A stretch of DNA of 64,000 nucleotides, from NCBI GenBank assembly GCA_019828565.1, contig JAHDYR010000024.1, forward strand, positions 194,534-258,533, given 5' to 3'. This stretch comes from Carpediemonas membranifera BICM. Taxonomy: Eukaryota > Protista > Fornicata. The notes below the pieces were generated by a model that saw only the letters and a list, made by a program, of their open reading frames with translations, did no database searches and had not been told where the DNA came from. Shown here piece by piece: positions 1 to 12,100 of the stretch. Within the stretch, counting starts at the first letter, position 1, and each line of letters starts with the position of its first letter. The position numbers were made by a program, and so were the translations under genes.

Positions 1-975
1 CCGAGAACAACCCGCGAGAATTCATCAAGCTAGCCGCGAAAGCGAAGAAAGCCGCTCCGCCCCAGAGCTTCCGCCATCGCCAGCAGATCCGTAAGCCTTT
101 CTCGCGCAACAGGTACTTCCAGCGCTCCCCACAGCGCCACTTCACAGCTTCGAACGCCTCGGGCAACCGCAATGCGGCCCCGGGGCAGCAATAAGCGGCC
201 AAGAAGAGGTTATGCCCACCTCGAAGACAATAAAAGGCAGTATCTACGTTTACGAGCACTATGAGACGAGAAGAAGCAAGAAAGCAAGTACAAGAGCAAG
301 AGACATCAACAGACAAGCAACCGATCAAAGCTGCGCAGTCACGCAAGTCGTACGACGCTCCGCCCGACTCTTGCCCGGTGTCCCGGGCACAGGTGGTGGG
401 CTCGATGAGCCGCGCCTGGAGGGAGTGGGAGGCCTTGGGGGCCAGCAAGGAGGTCGTGAGCACACTGAGAGACGGGGTGAAGGTAGCCCCGGCAACGCCC
501 AGCACCCCGAGAGCGAACGGGAGGGAAGGCCCAATAAGCGAGATGCTGAAGGAGCTAGTGAACATTCAAGCCTTAGAAGTAGCAACGGCGAGCAACATAT
601 CCCCGGTCTTCCTGATTCCGAAGAAACCATCGGATTGGAGACTCATACACGACCTCCGGCCGGTCAACTTTTTCCAACAGGTCCGCAAGTTTCGGTTGAA
701 GGGGTTGATGGAGGTGGCGGCCAATCTGGCACAGGGGGCATGGTTGACGAGCGTCGACCTGAAGTCCGGCTACTACCAGGTGCTCATGGCGGAGGAGGCC
801 AAGGAGTACCTGGGGATTACCCACGAAGGAACAACATATCGGTGGAGAGCCCTGCCCTTCGGCCTCAACACAGCACCAGAGGCATTCCAGAGGGTCACCG
901 CCCAGGCGGCAAAGATTATTCGAAGAGAGTTTGGCGTGCAGGTGTTCGTATACCTAGACGACCTGCTGTTCGCAG
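1..975 (+). mobile_element. Truncated DIRS/PAT-type tyrosine-recombinase retrotransposon fragment (gag end plus RT N-terminal half)
   Basis: ORF 261..1001 has DIRS-type RT motifs (SPVFLIPKK, RLIHDLR, DLKSGYYQV, LPFGL, YLDD) similar to ORF 9573..11918. It is cut off just after YLDD by a tandem repeat, and the overlapping frame 212..1015 is also open. Confidence 0.85.
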
Positions 976-1173
976 CGCCATGGATGAGGCGCCAGGGATG
1001 AGGCGCCAGGGATGAGGGCGCCAGGGATGAGGCGCCAGGGATTAGGGCGCCAGGGATGAGGCGCCAGGATGAGGGCGCCAGGGATGATGCGCCAGGATGA
1101 GGGCGCCAGGATGAGGGCGCCAGGGATGAGGCGCCAGGGATGAGGCGCCAGGATGAGGGCGCCAGGGATGAGG
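975..1173. repeat. Minisatellite, ~13-15 bp unit GCGCCAGGGATGAG
   Basis: About 14 directly visible tandem copies with small indels. Confidence 0.95.
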
Positions 1174-1185
1174 AGTACAGTATTT

Positions 1186-1274
1186 GAACCCCGAAAACGC
1201 CATATTACCAGCACCAATGAGCTTTATCAACGAAGATGCGCTCACTGGTGCCGGTTATGGCGTTTTCGGGGTTC
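1186..1274. repeat. Long imperfect inverted repeat (~35-bp stem)
   Basis: GAACCCCGAAAACGCCATATTACCAGCACCAATGAGC ... GCTCACTGGTGCCGGTTATGGCGTTTTCGGGGTTC. Confidence 0.9.
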
Positions 1275-1536
1275 GTCGATCATTCTGCTCCCAAATCTGC
1301 ACCTGAATTTTCTGGAGCATACCCGGGAGCTGGGCCAGACGAGTGGTGCCACAGGGACTAAGCTCCGCTGCTCAGCCTCTGCCAGGCGACACTCGTCTGA
1401 ATTCTGCACGAAAAAATTCAGACAACGAAAGATGGGCAAAGGGCCCCGAAAACGCTGAAGTACCAGCGCAAGTAGAGCGTTTTGCAATAAAATAGCTTAC
1501 TTGCGCTGGTGCTGGTGTTTTCTGGGCCCTGAATTG

Positions 1537-1861
1537 CCCCCGTGCTCTCTCCCGGGCTCTCTCCCGGACGTTCCCCCGTGCTCTCTCCCGGGCTCTCTCC
1601 CGGACGTTCCCCCGGGCTCTCTTCTCCCGGGGCTCTCTCCCCCGTGCTCTCTCTTGGACGTTCCCCCGGGCTCTCTTCTCCCGGGCTCTCTCCCCCGGGC
1701 TCTCTCCCGGACGTTCCCCCGTGCTCTCTCCCGGGCTCTCTCCCGGACGTTCCCCCGGGCTCTCTTCTCCCGGGCTCTCTCCCCCGGGCTCTTCTCCCGG
1801 ACGTTCCCCCGGGCTCTCTTCTCCTGGGGCTCTCTCCCCTGTGCTCTCTCCCGGACGTTCC
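1537..1861. repeat. Pyrimidine-rich composite minisatellite (CCCGGGCTCTCT / CCCGGACGTTCC units)
   Basis: Directly visible tandem units; these explain the low-complexity ORFs at 1372-2076. Confidence 0.95.
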
Positions 1862-1892
1862 AGAAGAGACAATGGCTATTTCTGGAATCCAA

Positions 1893-2148
1893 TGGACAGT
1901 TGGTGGCAGTATTGATGTTGTTTATGCAATTAAAGTTCCTATTGTTTCTTCTAGCTCGTTCCTTGTGTGGTTTCGTGGTTCCTTTGACTCGTTTGATGTT
2001 GTTAATGAGTATCATGGGCCATAGCGGCCGTCAGACGCTATTGATGTGTTATTATGCAAGCTTATATCCTCAATAAAGCTCTATAGCTCATTGGCACTGA
2101 GAAAATAGTGGGAAGTCGGTTCCCACTATTGGTGCACTTTATGGCTCG
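1893..2148. repeat. 256-bp dispersed direct repeat, copy 1 (copy 2 at 6759..7014)
   Basis: Near-identical sequence at both positions; includes the hairpin AATAGTGGGAA-GTCGG-TTCCCACTATT. Confidence 0.95.
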
Positions 2149-2288
2149 ATCTCAATCCGCTGGTCTCCGACAGGCAAGAGAGCGAGACAGGAATAAATGA
2201 ATGTATATCTGACTGTCTGGTCAGCTGCGCCAAGTCGATGGCTTAGTCAGTGTTTGAGTCATTCCCACGACATATTTACTTCGTTCAT

Positions 2289-3676
2289 TTACTTCTGATG
2301 CTTTTCCTGCTCTCTCTTCTCCATCACGTCGTCATACTCGGCCCTCGTCAGCCTCACAGTTGTCATCCCGGCATCACGGATGTGCTCAAAGGCCTCAACG
2401 GGCAGCTTCGGCATCCCGTCCTCGCTGTCGCTGCTGCTGCCCAAGTCTGACTCGCTCTCGTGATAGCAGCGAAGGCGAATGCGTCTGCTGGGCTCCCTGG
2501 TCTTCATAGCGTCATAGAGCGGAGCGAGCCCACTTCCATTGGCCCCGCTACGGACACCCTCATCGGTATCTCTCTCAGACATATCACACTCAACCTGTTG
2601 TGACTGAAGAAATGACAGGTTATCGACGAGGCTATCCTCGGCATCGCTGTCTGAACTCTCCTCATCCTCCCACTCTCCTTCCAGCATCTCCAACCCGGCC
2701 TCATCGTCAAACTCGCCCTCCACTGCGGTCTCCGGCATCTCTGCCTCGCCAGCTGTCTCGTCAAACAGCGCCTCATCGTCAGACTCACCCTCCCCCGTGT
2801 CGCCCCCCTCGGGCTTACGCTGGTCGTGGAGCTGGACCATCCTAATCCTGAGCTTGTTGTAAAGCCAGTCATCGAGCGTCGGCGGCACCAGGTCAGCAGA
2901 GCTTCGGATCTCCGGGTTGAGATCGAGGATCGTTGGGCGCCGCGTGGTCGTTAAGTGACTGGACGCCAACTGATGCCTGAACTGCTCATCGGTCAGGCTG
3001 ATGCGCTTGTCCTTAATGACCTTACGAACCTTGATCGGATCCCTGGGCCTGCCAGTCCGTCTTTGTGTCTCAATCACCCGCTTCTTGAGCTGATTGAGAT
3101 CGACATGCACAGTGGGCGCATAGCGAAGCTGGTTAACACTCAGCCCGACCGACTTGAGAGCCTGCGAGAAGGTGCTAGGCATCACAGCGGACATCGCGGA
3201 TGGTGCCCCGGTGAATAGCAACCAGTCAGCGAGTTCCGGGGAATCTGGAGCTCGCTCACATCAATATCGCGGGCTGATGTGGCAGTCATGCCCGTGTGGC
3301 TGATGATAAGAGCCAGCGCATTGTAGGGGAAGACTAGTCGGACAATAGCTTCCGATGCGACAGGCTCAAACTGCCCAAGCGGCTTGACATTGTCTCTGCC
3401 GGAGTTTCGGAATGAGTTGACGGCACTGAGAGTGACAGCAGCGGTTGCCTTGTTCAATGATGCAGCAAAACCGGGCACAAGCGATCTAACCTCCTCGGAC
3501 CGGATCACGGAGAGCGCTTCGTCCTCGGTACTCCCTCGCTCACGTTGTACGAATTGAACGAACCGCGAAAGGTTGTTTGCGACCGCTTTCCGGGAAGATT
3601 TCTTACTGATGGTGCACAACCAAGCATTCTTCACAGCTTCCATGGTTGTTTCCATCTCCTGCGGGCTTCCTTCCAT
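2289..3676 (-). CDS. Hypothetical protein with an acidic C-terminus and a possible degenerate tyrosine-recombinase-like fold (one frameshift near 3200)
   Basis: Overlapping ORFs 3182..3676 and 2289..3221 look like one gene. LIISHTGMTATSARDID and LSVNQLRYA weakly resemble YR boxes but lack the catalytic residues. Confidence 0.5.
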
Positions 3677-4792
3677 CGATATACGGATTTCAGACTTTCG
3701 TCATGCACAAAAATTCGAATCTCTCCAAATGCCCAAAACAGTGGTCAAAGCGTGTTCAGGGGTACAAAAGAGTGCCATAGGCACGTTCTTGCATTTCAAA
3801 AATATTCTAGAGGTCGTTCATAAATTCTCAGATGGCCAACAGTACGAAAGTCTGAAATCCATTTATCATGAGACCCGACAAATTTGAAATCCATTTATCG
3901 GGTGGATACATCACTGTAGAGGGTATTCATGGATATAGGTGCCTTTTCGGTGCCGAGGGGAGTCAAAATTTGAGGTCGTGCAGGCAGAAAGTCTGAATTC
4001 CGTTTATCTCACCACTGCTTAGTGTTCATGGCAGACAACGGCTTCCTGGCGACGCCTGAGGTGTAAGGATTCGCTTGCCTCTGTGTTGTCGCATCAGCTT
4101 CGCTGAAAACGGGGGAACTGACCCGCGCATTCGCGCACTTTATGCTCGCAACGAGATTGAAATGGCGAACTTAAGAATAGAAAGAATACTGGCGGCTTTA
4201 ACGTAGTAGGCATGTGCACAACACTAAGAAACATCAGTAAGCGGGCGCAGAGCATCACTAAAGCAACAATAATCCCTAAACAACATCAATCATCATAAGT
4301 CCATCAGGACCATACGATATGAACAATAAATGAACCACAGAGCAGTATAGATGATTTGAGAGTACCAGGCATGGCCAGAATACCGCAATTATCGTCCGTT
4401 GATCCACGTGACCTCCATCTTGGTCGGTATCCAGAGAACGCCCGTCAGACGCTTGCAACGGAACATTTAGGGGGAGCATCCTGAATGGGGCCAGATTTGA
4501 GGGACCCTTGGTCTGACATGCCATGACCGAGTACTCTAGGGGCCTCCACAGTGCGTCCCGAGGTACGTTATAGCACCACAGACTTGGTGTGTCTTAGCCT
4601 GCACCGCCCGAAAGCTCGCCGGATCACTCCCCATACGTTATATCGCCATTCAGTCCACATAATGGGTGTTCTCGGAGCGATTATATCCCCCGTTTGTATG
4701 GTATAACGTTTCCGACACCCCGTTGCCTACGGTTACTGGCAATTTTCTCATCTCTGTTATATGTCCATTATTGGGATATAACGAAGAGAAGA

Positions 4793-6686
4793 ATGACGTT
4801 CGAATTCCTTCACGAGTGGATCGAGAGCACCTCAGATGATGTGATTGAGGCCGTTATCACCGAATTCAAGGAGAAGAAGACAAACAAGGCGAAGAGTGCC
4901 GTTCTTCGGGACAAATTGCTCGACGAGAACGATATCTTCGATATAGTCGTCAATAACGGTACGTAATTGGTGCAAATGTTTATATAGGGATCAACTTCAA
5001 CCACCTGTGCTCATATTTCGAGATTCAGGGCGTGAAGAAGGCAGAACTCGAGGCATTGCTGTCTCAGCAGGTGCAGGATAAGACCTCGAACGAGATCATC
5101 GAGGCAACCTTCACGGAGAAGGAGATGAAGGCGTTTGAGTCGGCCGCTGTCACAGCCTTCAAGAACTCCAAGAGGGCTGAGTATGCCAAGGAGAATGAGG
5201 GCGCGCGTATCGAAAAAGAGGCGCTGAGTGTCAAGGTTCGGGCGTGGCGCAACGCGACATCCACCAACGCGCTTGTGCGCGACCATGTCACAGCAATGGT
5301 TGCCAGGGTGCGCAGCAAGGAGGCAGACCTTGCTTACATGAAGCACTCCTGCCGCTCGTACTTCGAAGAGTACATCATCGCCCTGGAATGGTTGGAGACC
5401 CCCGCGGGAGAAGGTACGCCCCTGCTCCCCCCAGGTACTGGCGCTATCATCGATTACTATCACAAAATTGTTCGAGGATACAAGAAGAGAGTCAAGCAGT
5501 TGAGGAAGAGCTTGACGGCAAAGAGTGAGGAAGTCATCACGCTGCATCGACGCCTTCTGCAGCAGCAGGCTGAGCGAGAGGCAGCCTATGACGCTGACAA
5601 GTCCATGGATGCATCACTCCCATGCAGCCCCATCCCGCCACAGTCTGGCACAGTCTCCAGGACTTCCTGTCCCCGACGCGATACGGACGAGCCCGAGGCC
5701 TCCATGTCTGTGAAGCGCAAGGCCCTCATCATCACGCCCGAGAAGGCCAGGCCAGAGGACTCGGAGGAGGAGTCAGAGGAGGAGGAGATAGAGGAGGAGG
5801 TGACTGTTGAGAAGAAGGGTGAGTCAGATGAGGAGGACGTGACCAAATGCGACGCCTGTATCCAGACTGAGCCCGAGAAGGCCAGGCCAGAGGACTCGGA
5901 GGAGGAGTCAGAGGAGGAGGAGATAGAGGAGGAGGTGACTGTTGAGAAGAAGGGTGAGTCAGATGAGGAGGACGTGACCAAATGCGACGCCTGTATCCAG
6001 ACTGAGCCCGAGAAGGCCAGACCTGTGACCTGCGAGACTGGAACTGAGATGAACGAAGGTGACGACCGTACCCCGACAGATGACAAGGATGTCCAGACCG
6101 AGGAGAGAGAGGACTGCCTGGACGAGTTCACACGTCACCTCCGGTCGAAGTTCAAGCCGTACAACCCCCAGGCGATGGTGACTGTGTTGGCCACTGCCTC
6201 AGGCATGTGTCTAACGAGCGTGACGTACCGACAACAGATTGGCGTGAGCAGCTTCAAGCTGCTGCAGGGATTATGCAGAAGCGCGACCTACTTCCGGCAG
6301 ACTATCAGCTCTTTTACAGCCATGCCAGTTCAACAGGCAAGGGTGGCAAGAACGACAGTCTTCCATACTGCCGGGACACCGCAATTCAGGTCTGGTCACA
6401 GATTCACAACGTGCCCATTGCATCCATCCAGGACGGCACAATCGTCTTCTTCCAGGGTAGAGACAAGGGTTACATCACCCTGACAAACACTAATGCGAGC
6501 ATGTCCGTCATCCGTGTCATTGCAAACGTGATTGGCGTCAATGACTACATTTATATCTCCGGCACGCCAACTGACGTCACAGCACACGCGGAAGTGTACC
6601 ATGCAACACCTGTTGAGCTGAGGAAGGCAGAATCGCACCTGTCTGCCCAACAGAACACAGAGGATGACTGTTATTTTGTGGAATGA
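4793..6686 (+). CDS. Coiled-coil/acidic protein with a putative C-terminal OTU-like cysteine protease domain; 29-nt intron at 4959..4987 and a frameshift near 6215-6240
   Basis: Removing GTACGT...TATAG joins ORF 4694 to ORF 5032 in frame. The C-terminal motifs ASGMCL / WREQL / VWSQIHNVPIASI / TAHAEVY parallel those of the gene at 56328..58504. Confidence 0.55.
5736..6020 (+). repeat. 135-bp in-frame tandem duplication (45-aa acidic repeat)
   Basis: PEKARPEDSEEESEEEE...CIQTE occurs twice, plus a partial third start at 6007. Confidence 0.95.
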
Positions 6687-6758
6687 GTCAGTAGTAAATG
6701 AATGAATTGCGGTGGCGTCGTGGTGCTGCCGTGGTGCTGTTGGCTTTGGGGCGCTGAC

Positions 6759-7014
6759 TGGACAGCTGGTGGCAGTATTGATGTTGTTTATGCAATTAAA
6801 GTTCCTATCGTTTCTTCTAGCTCGTTCCTTGTGTGGTTTCGTGGTTCCTTTGACTCGTTTGATGTTGTTATTGAGTATCATGGGCCATAGCGGCCGTCAG
6901 ACGCTATTGATGTGTTATTATGCAAGCTTATATCCTCAATAAAGCTCTATAGCTCATTGGCACTGAGAAAATAGTGGGAAGTCGGTTCCCACTATTGGTG
7001 CACTTTATGGCTCG
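6759..7014. repeat. 256-bp dispersed direct repeat, copy 2
   Basis: Matches 1893..2148. Confidence 0.95.
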
Positions 7015-7099
7015 CAACGAGATTGAATGACGAACTCCGTCATCCGTGTCATTGCAAAAAGGTGATTAGCGTCAGTGACTACATTTATCTCCAACTCAT

Positions 7100-8763
7100 C
7101 TACAAATGCAAATATCGAGTGTCTCCCACCCCATCATCTCTGCAATCTCTGCAAAGACTGCCATGAGAACTACTCTGCAATTGCGGGAATCAAACTGAGT
7201 AAAACTGACTTGTGCTTGTGTTTTGGCGTGTCTTCGGTTGGGCTGTTGACTGACAGTGTTTATCGGCTGCTACAGGTTTCTCTCTATTTACAGATCTATT
7301 CACATCGAAAACTCGTTGTAATTTGCTATGTAGTATGAACAAAATGTCTTGATCCTTGCCGTGCAGCGCTTCATCTGCTCTAATTCACCATCAATGCGAG
7401 AATCAATGAAGTGCGCTCGTTGAATCCCATAAACAACGTCTAGCTCCAATTCTCCCTTCAATCGTTAATGCTATACGTTTCGCCGGCGATACCGGCGTCG
7501 CTCGTGTGTTTTCTTCATCGGGCGTCATCTGAAATGCGCAGTTTATGCGGAGCCTGGTTGGCTGTATAAAAGAGGTCCAGATGTGTATCTATCCCTGTAT
7601 TGACTATCGTGCGTGGAAGAGCGGCGAGCTTCTGGAATCAACGGGGCGAATCTGCCCTTTGTATTCCGGCAGCGCACGGCCCTGCCACACACGTCCTAAC
7701 TCGTCATTAAGGTCGTTAGTGACCCTACAAACACTCATGCGCGCATCATCTTACCTTTCATTAACGAGATTGGCTCTCGCACCGCCCCAAATGGCCGTAT
7801 GAACCAGGCGCTTGCCGGTCGCAACCTTTCGTCATCAATAGAACTCTATGCTCGCCACTTCACTGTTCCAGCAGTGTTATATTGCCAATGGGGACGTTTC
7901 AGATGTCTGAGCGAGCGATACTGAGTAAAAGCCGACTTGATATTGATTAGTTGTGGGAAAAGAGGCTTATGCCATCTAGAATGAGCGAAAGCATGCTCAG
8001 ATGGGCAAATATCTCGAATGCTGTCTTGCTATGAGCTCTATCACAGTCATTTCTGGATATATCCGACATTGCTTCCGTCATTACCATTTTTTTTCATGCA
8101 GGCGGCGTGACCTTAAACTGAACAATAACAATAACTCCCCCAATTGGAAGAGTTCACACCTGAAACCATTATGCCTGAGGTTTCAGCCAAGGGCGAGTAC
8201 ATTGCCGTCTTTTTAATTCCAATAACTTTAACTTTTTTCTTCGCGTTGACCGCCCAAGAATGTTCTCCTTACACGACGGTCTGGGCATCATCGTGTAGTA
8301 ATACTTGTGTTTACTCGGCCTCTTGGTTTTTAGTTGCAGCGTAGAAAAATTCCCTGAGCTGTGCGCTCATCAATAACGCCTCTCGACTCGGCCCGAGTCT
8401 TTTGCTAAAAATCTCGAGATCTGTTCTGTCCCCTTCGCAGATTTTTGTTGGATCACAAGCACTACTGGTGTAGATCAGATCCTGCAAAAAACTGCGAAGG
8501 GGACAGAGCCAAAGTGGTCGAACTTGAAAAAAATGGCTCTCGTCGTCAAGAAGAAGTCACCCATACTCAGGTCACAGCTTAGCCCACAGTTAGCCATCAA
8601 TGCAGTGAATAGAGAACTAGTACTGCTACCCAGCCATACCATTCTTATTTACTGACAGAGCCTGGTTCCTCTGATTAATTCAAACGTCTTGACTTAAAGT
8701 CAAGTTTTGGCCTTGACTTTAAGTCACAAAAACTTGACTTGAAGTCAAGGAATTGACAGTATG
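7100..8763. mobile_element. Terminal region of a CAGTATG-ended DNA transposon relative (left boundary uncertain, may extend to ~1175)
   Basis: Ends in TTGACAGTATG, preceded by three palindromic TTGACTT(A/T/G)AAGTCA motifs (8689-8748) and a hairpin at ~8424-8507. It has patchy homology to 18930-20341 (7600-7700 vs 19210-19310; 8245-8360 vs 19795-19915). Confidence 0.65.
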
Positions 8764-9062
8764 GACGCGGTCATGATGGCCTGTATGCGGCAGCAAGTTC
8801 ATGTGTTCCATGCGTTCATGCGCCAGGCGGATGCTGCGCACCGTCAAGCTGAGGCTAATGGCCTCAACCACTAATACTGATGTTGTTTCTGTACTTTGAG
8901 CGTGATCTGCGCGTTATTCGCGTTCGCGTTCGTTGTGACTGAGTGGAGAGTCGAAAGGGAGATTTCGGAGCGAGCAGTGCCTCAAACCCGACATACTGAC
9001 CACTAGAGTGACGTCTTCGCTGCGCTCAGGCTCGCGAAGCTCGGCTGCGCCTCGCCGCTCGC
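8764..9062 (+). mobile_element. 3' fragment of CRE-like non-LTR retrotransposon family 1 (its last ~31 nt resume at 13041)
   Basis: Identical to 16195..16493. It is truncated on the left by the DNA-transposon end and split on the right by the YR element. Confidence 0.92.
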
Positions 9063-9187
9063 TGGCGCTACATCGTCAGTAAGGTTACCTCGGGTAACGG
9101 GCCCGGAGCGGAGGGCGATGTGATAGCCTCACTCCGGGCAAAAGGTGTTTCGCCGGTCAGGCGAGTCACGCAGTTTATGCGGACAGA

Positions 9188-12100
9188 ATGGCGCAAGGTT
9201 CGGATCCGCCGGATCCGACGGCAACACGCTTAGATAAGCTAGAAGCTTCAATCAATTCCATGTCCGAAGCCCTGAACAGGCTTGCTCCTCCGCCTCCGCC
9301 AGAGAAAGAACCTGACGACGAAATGCTCGAAAGTTCCACCGTTGCTAGGTTCAATACCTCCGAATCGTTGGAGGAGGACACGATGGAGGACATAGATGCA
9401 ACTCTGGCAGAGATGGACACCTTCTCGGAGTTACCAAGCAAGAGACCTCTCAAGGCGGAAGCGAAGTGGCTTCAACGCGTTGTCGTGATCACTAGTGCTC
9501 TCCCAGATTCCGCGACGAAACAACGTCTTCTTCTCGAACTACAGGCTCGTAGAATGGTCCTAGACCTCAAAGATGATAACTGGTCCGATGCCACGACCGA
9601 GCTGTTTCAGGACCTCTTCAACAGCACAGAAAGCAAGAGCAGCCGCACCATCGCTTACTGCGCAGCGAAGGCCCGCTCTAAGGGCAGGCGTAAGGACACC
9701 AACGGTAACATGGGGGGTTTCACAAGAAGAAGAGAACATAACAACCTCTGTTCATCAATTCCCGTCGATGAACGCGAGGTGGTGGTTATGGGAAAGGCTC
9801 GGCGCCTCGGACGAGGTGGTCGGCTGGCTCCGTCACGGCGTACCTATCAAGCTAACAGGCACTCCCCCGCCACCCACGCCACAACGGCGCCTGGACCCAC
9901 GGCTCACCCCAAAGCTCGACGAGATGGTCCGACTTGGCGTGATCTCACCCTGTACCAGCGGGCAACTCCGGCACAGTGCCCCGCTCTTCGCGGTTGCAAA
10001 GGGCGAGCACGATGTCCGCCCGGTACACGACCTACGCGACCTCAACGCAATCACTGCGGAGACGCGGGTCTTCCGGCTCTTCGGCCTAAAACGAGCAGTG
10101 CGCAACCTCAAGCGCAACGACTTCATGCTCAAGATCGACTTAGCCTCCGGCTACCACCAGATGGGTGTGGCTCCGACCGACTCCACGCTACTGGGGATCG
10201 TCCTCCCGAACGGGCAGGCGTACAGATACAACACACTAGGGTTCGGCTGGACCGCTGCCCCGTTCGTGTTCCAGTCTACGTCCATCCAGCTAGCAAAGAT
10301 ACTCGCGAACCGCTTCAACGTGACAATAGCGGTGTACCTCGACGACTTTCTCATCTCACATCGGTCACGTCGCCTCCTAGCAGACGCCGCTCCCCAAATA
10401 GTCGCGCTCATGAGGTCGCTGGGAGCTATCCCAGGGCTCAACAAGTGCATCCTAACTCCCACACAACGCCTGGAGTACCTAGGAGTCACCATCAACACAG
10501 CCGCCGAGACACTGCAGATTTCCAAGGACAGAGCCGATCGCTATGCAACATCAATCGAGCAGGCCCTCAGGGCCGGCAGGGTCGATGCAACCGAGTGGCA
10601 ACGCTTACTAGGCCGCCTCTCGTTCTTCGCAAGTACGACACAGTTCGCCAGGCTCCAGCTCAGATCACTCCAGGCCCTACATCCCGCCTCGACGCTTCAC
10701 ATCTCGCAGCAGATGCGTCGCCAGCTCAACAGCTGGCTAGCGCTGCTCAGAGATCGTCCATCCAGACCCTTCGCTCAGGCCAGGGCAGACTGGGAGATCA
10801 AGGACGAACTCCAGCTCTCGGTCGCATCCGACGCGTCCTCCTTCGCGTGGGGCGCCTGCCTATTCAACGGCGACCAGGGCCGCTCGGCTCAAGGCCGCTT
10901 TCCTCCCGAGTTCCGAGACTCTCATATCGGAGTCAAGGAGCTCTACGCGATTGGCCAGGCTATCAAGCTCACCCCAACCCAGCGCACCAGGACCCAACTA
11001 GCTATCTTTTCGGACAACACCGCGGCCATCGCATGGGTCAACCGCCAGGGCTCCCCATGTCTCGCCGACACGGCCATTCGACTCCTGCAGGATATCTTCA
11101 CCACGGCGAACACGAAGAATGTCGATATTCACTGCTTCCATATCGCAGGGCACCTCAATGTCCAGGCGGACCGGCTGTCGAGATTCGCAAAGCTCGATTG
11201 GCACTCACCCCGCGAGGTACTCGAGACGATAATGGCCAAGTGGGGTCCGGCGGAGATAGACGTCACTGCATCTCCGGACAAGAAGCTCGCACTGCCAGGA
11301 TTCGTCAGGAAAGCTTGGTCCCTCGACGATCACGGCTTCCAGCGCTCCTGGACCGGCGCCAGGATCTATCTGGCTCCGCCGACAGCGCTTTTGGGAGCGG
11401 CACATCGTCGTCTGGAGAAGATTCGGACGCCTCAGACCCCGACTACGTCCCCTCGGACGTGGAGGTCAGCGGCAATACTCCTCTTCCCCGATCTCAACTC
11501 ACCCGAAGTCAGAGCGCTGAAACGGCTGTCCCAACACAAGATGTATCTCAGAGTCCACTCCTCGCACATGCTCAACACGGAGCTATCCTGGACCGAGAGG
11601 CAAGGAAAGATCAGAATGATTGCGATGATCGTCAAGACCCGTTCGACGAACTCCTCCGCCACGACAGGCTATCTCACTTCCGAAACGAGTCATCGCGCCG
11701 CTCAGCGGCTGGCTGGGTCTCTAAGTTCGTCCTATCGCGACAGGCAGCCCTCTCCGACGCCGAACAACTCAGAGCATTCCTCCTCGCTGAGGGCGAGACC
11801 ACTGGCCCGCAGAGTATCCACAGAAAGGGCTACTGGATCTGTCAAGCGGCTCCACTCGTCTCCAACTGGCGACCTCCGCCAGAAGCCAGGCAGATCATCA
11901 AGAGTGCGGAGAACGTAGCATCTCTCGACGGCCTAACAGGAGGCGCACTACCGGTGACCAGAGCCCAGGTCCGCAAGGTCGTCGACAGGCGACGCTCCTC
12001 ACCGAAAGCGTTCCAGGTAGCGCTGTTCGCTGCACTTACATTCATCTCAGTCAGCCGGGGAGGCGAGATCTTCGGCCTGACGAGAGGCGACATCTCTTTC

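Noticed and set aside
1178-1184. CAGTATT as another transposon terminus
   Set aside because: It mismatches CAGTATG and has no subterminal similarity to the other ends.
975-1861. CRISPR-like or telomeric array
   Set aside because: No unique spacers and no cas genes, and the context is eukaryotic. Units are irregular and internal, with no evidence of a chromosome end.
954-2076. Multiple overlapping ORFs (PHPWR, PGE and RAR repeats)
   Set aside because: They are translations of two minisatellites, not credible genes.
7300-8370. Alternative genetic code to explain the broken minus-strand ORFs
   Set aside because: Well-conserved ORFs in the window end at TAA, TAG and TGA at sensible positions, so decay or indels explain the breaks better.
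8992-8998. CATACTG in the CRE 3' UTR (also at 33116) as a transposon left end
   Set aside because: No TIR extension or junction; it lies within continuous element or coding sequence.
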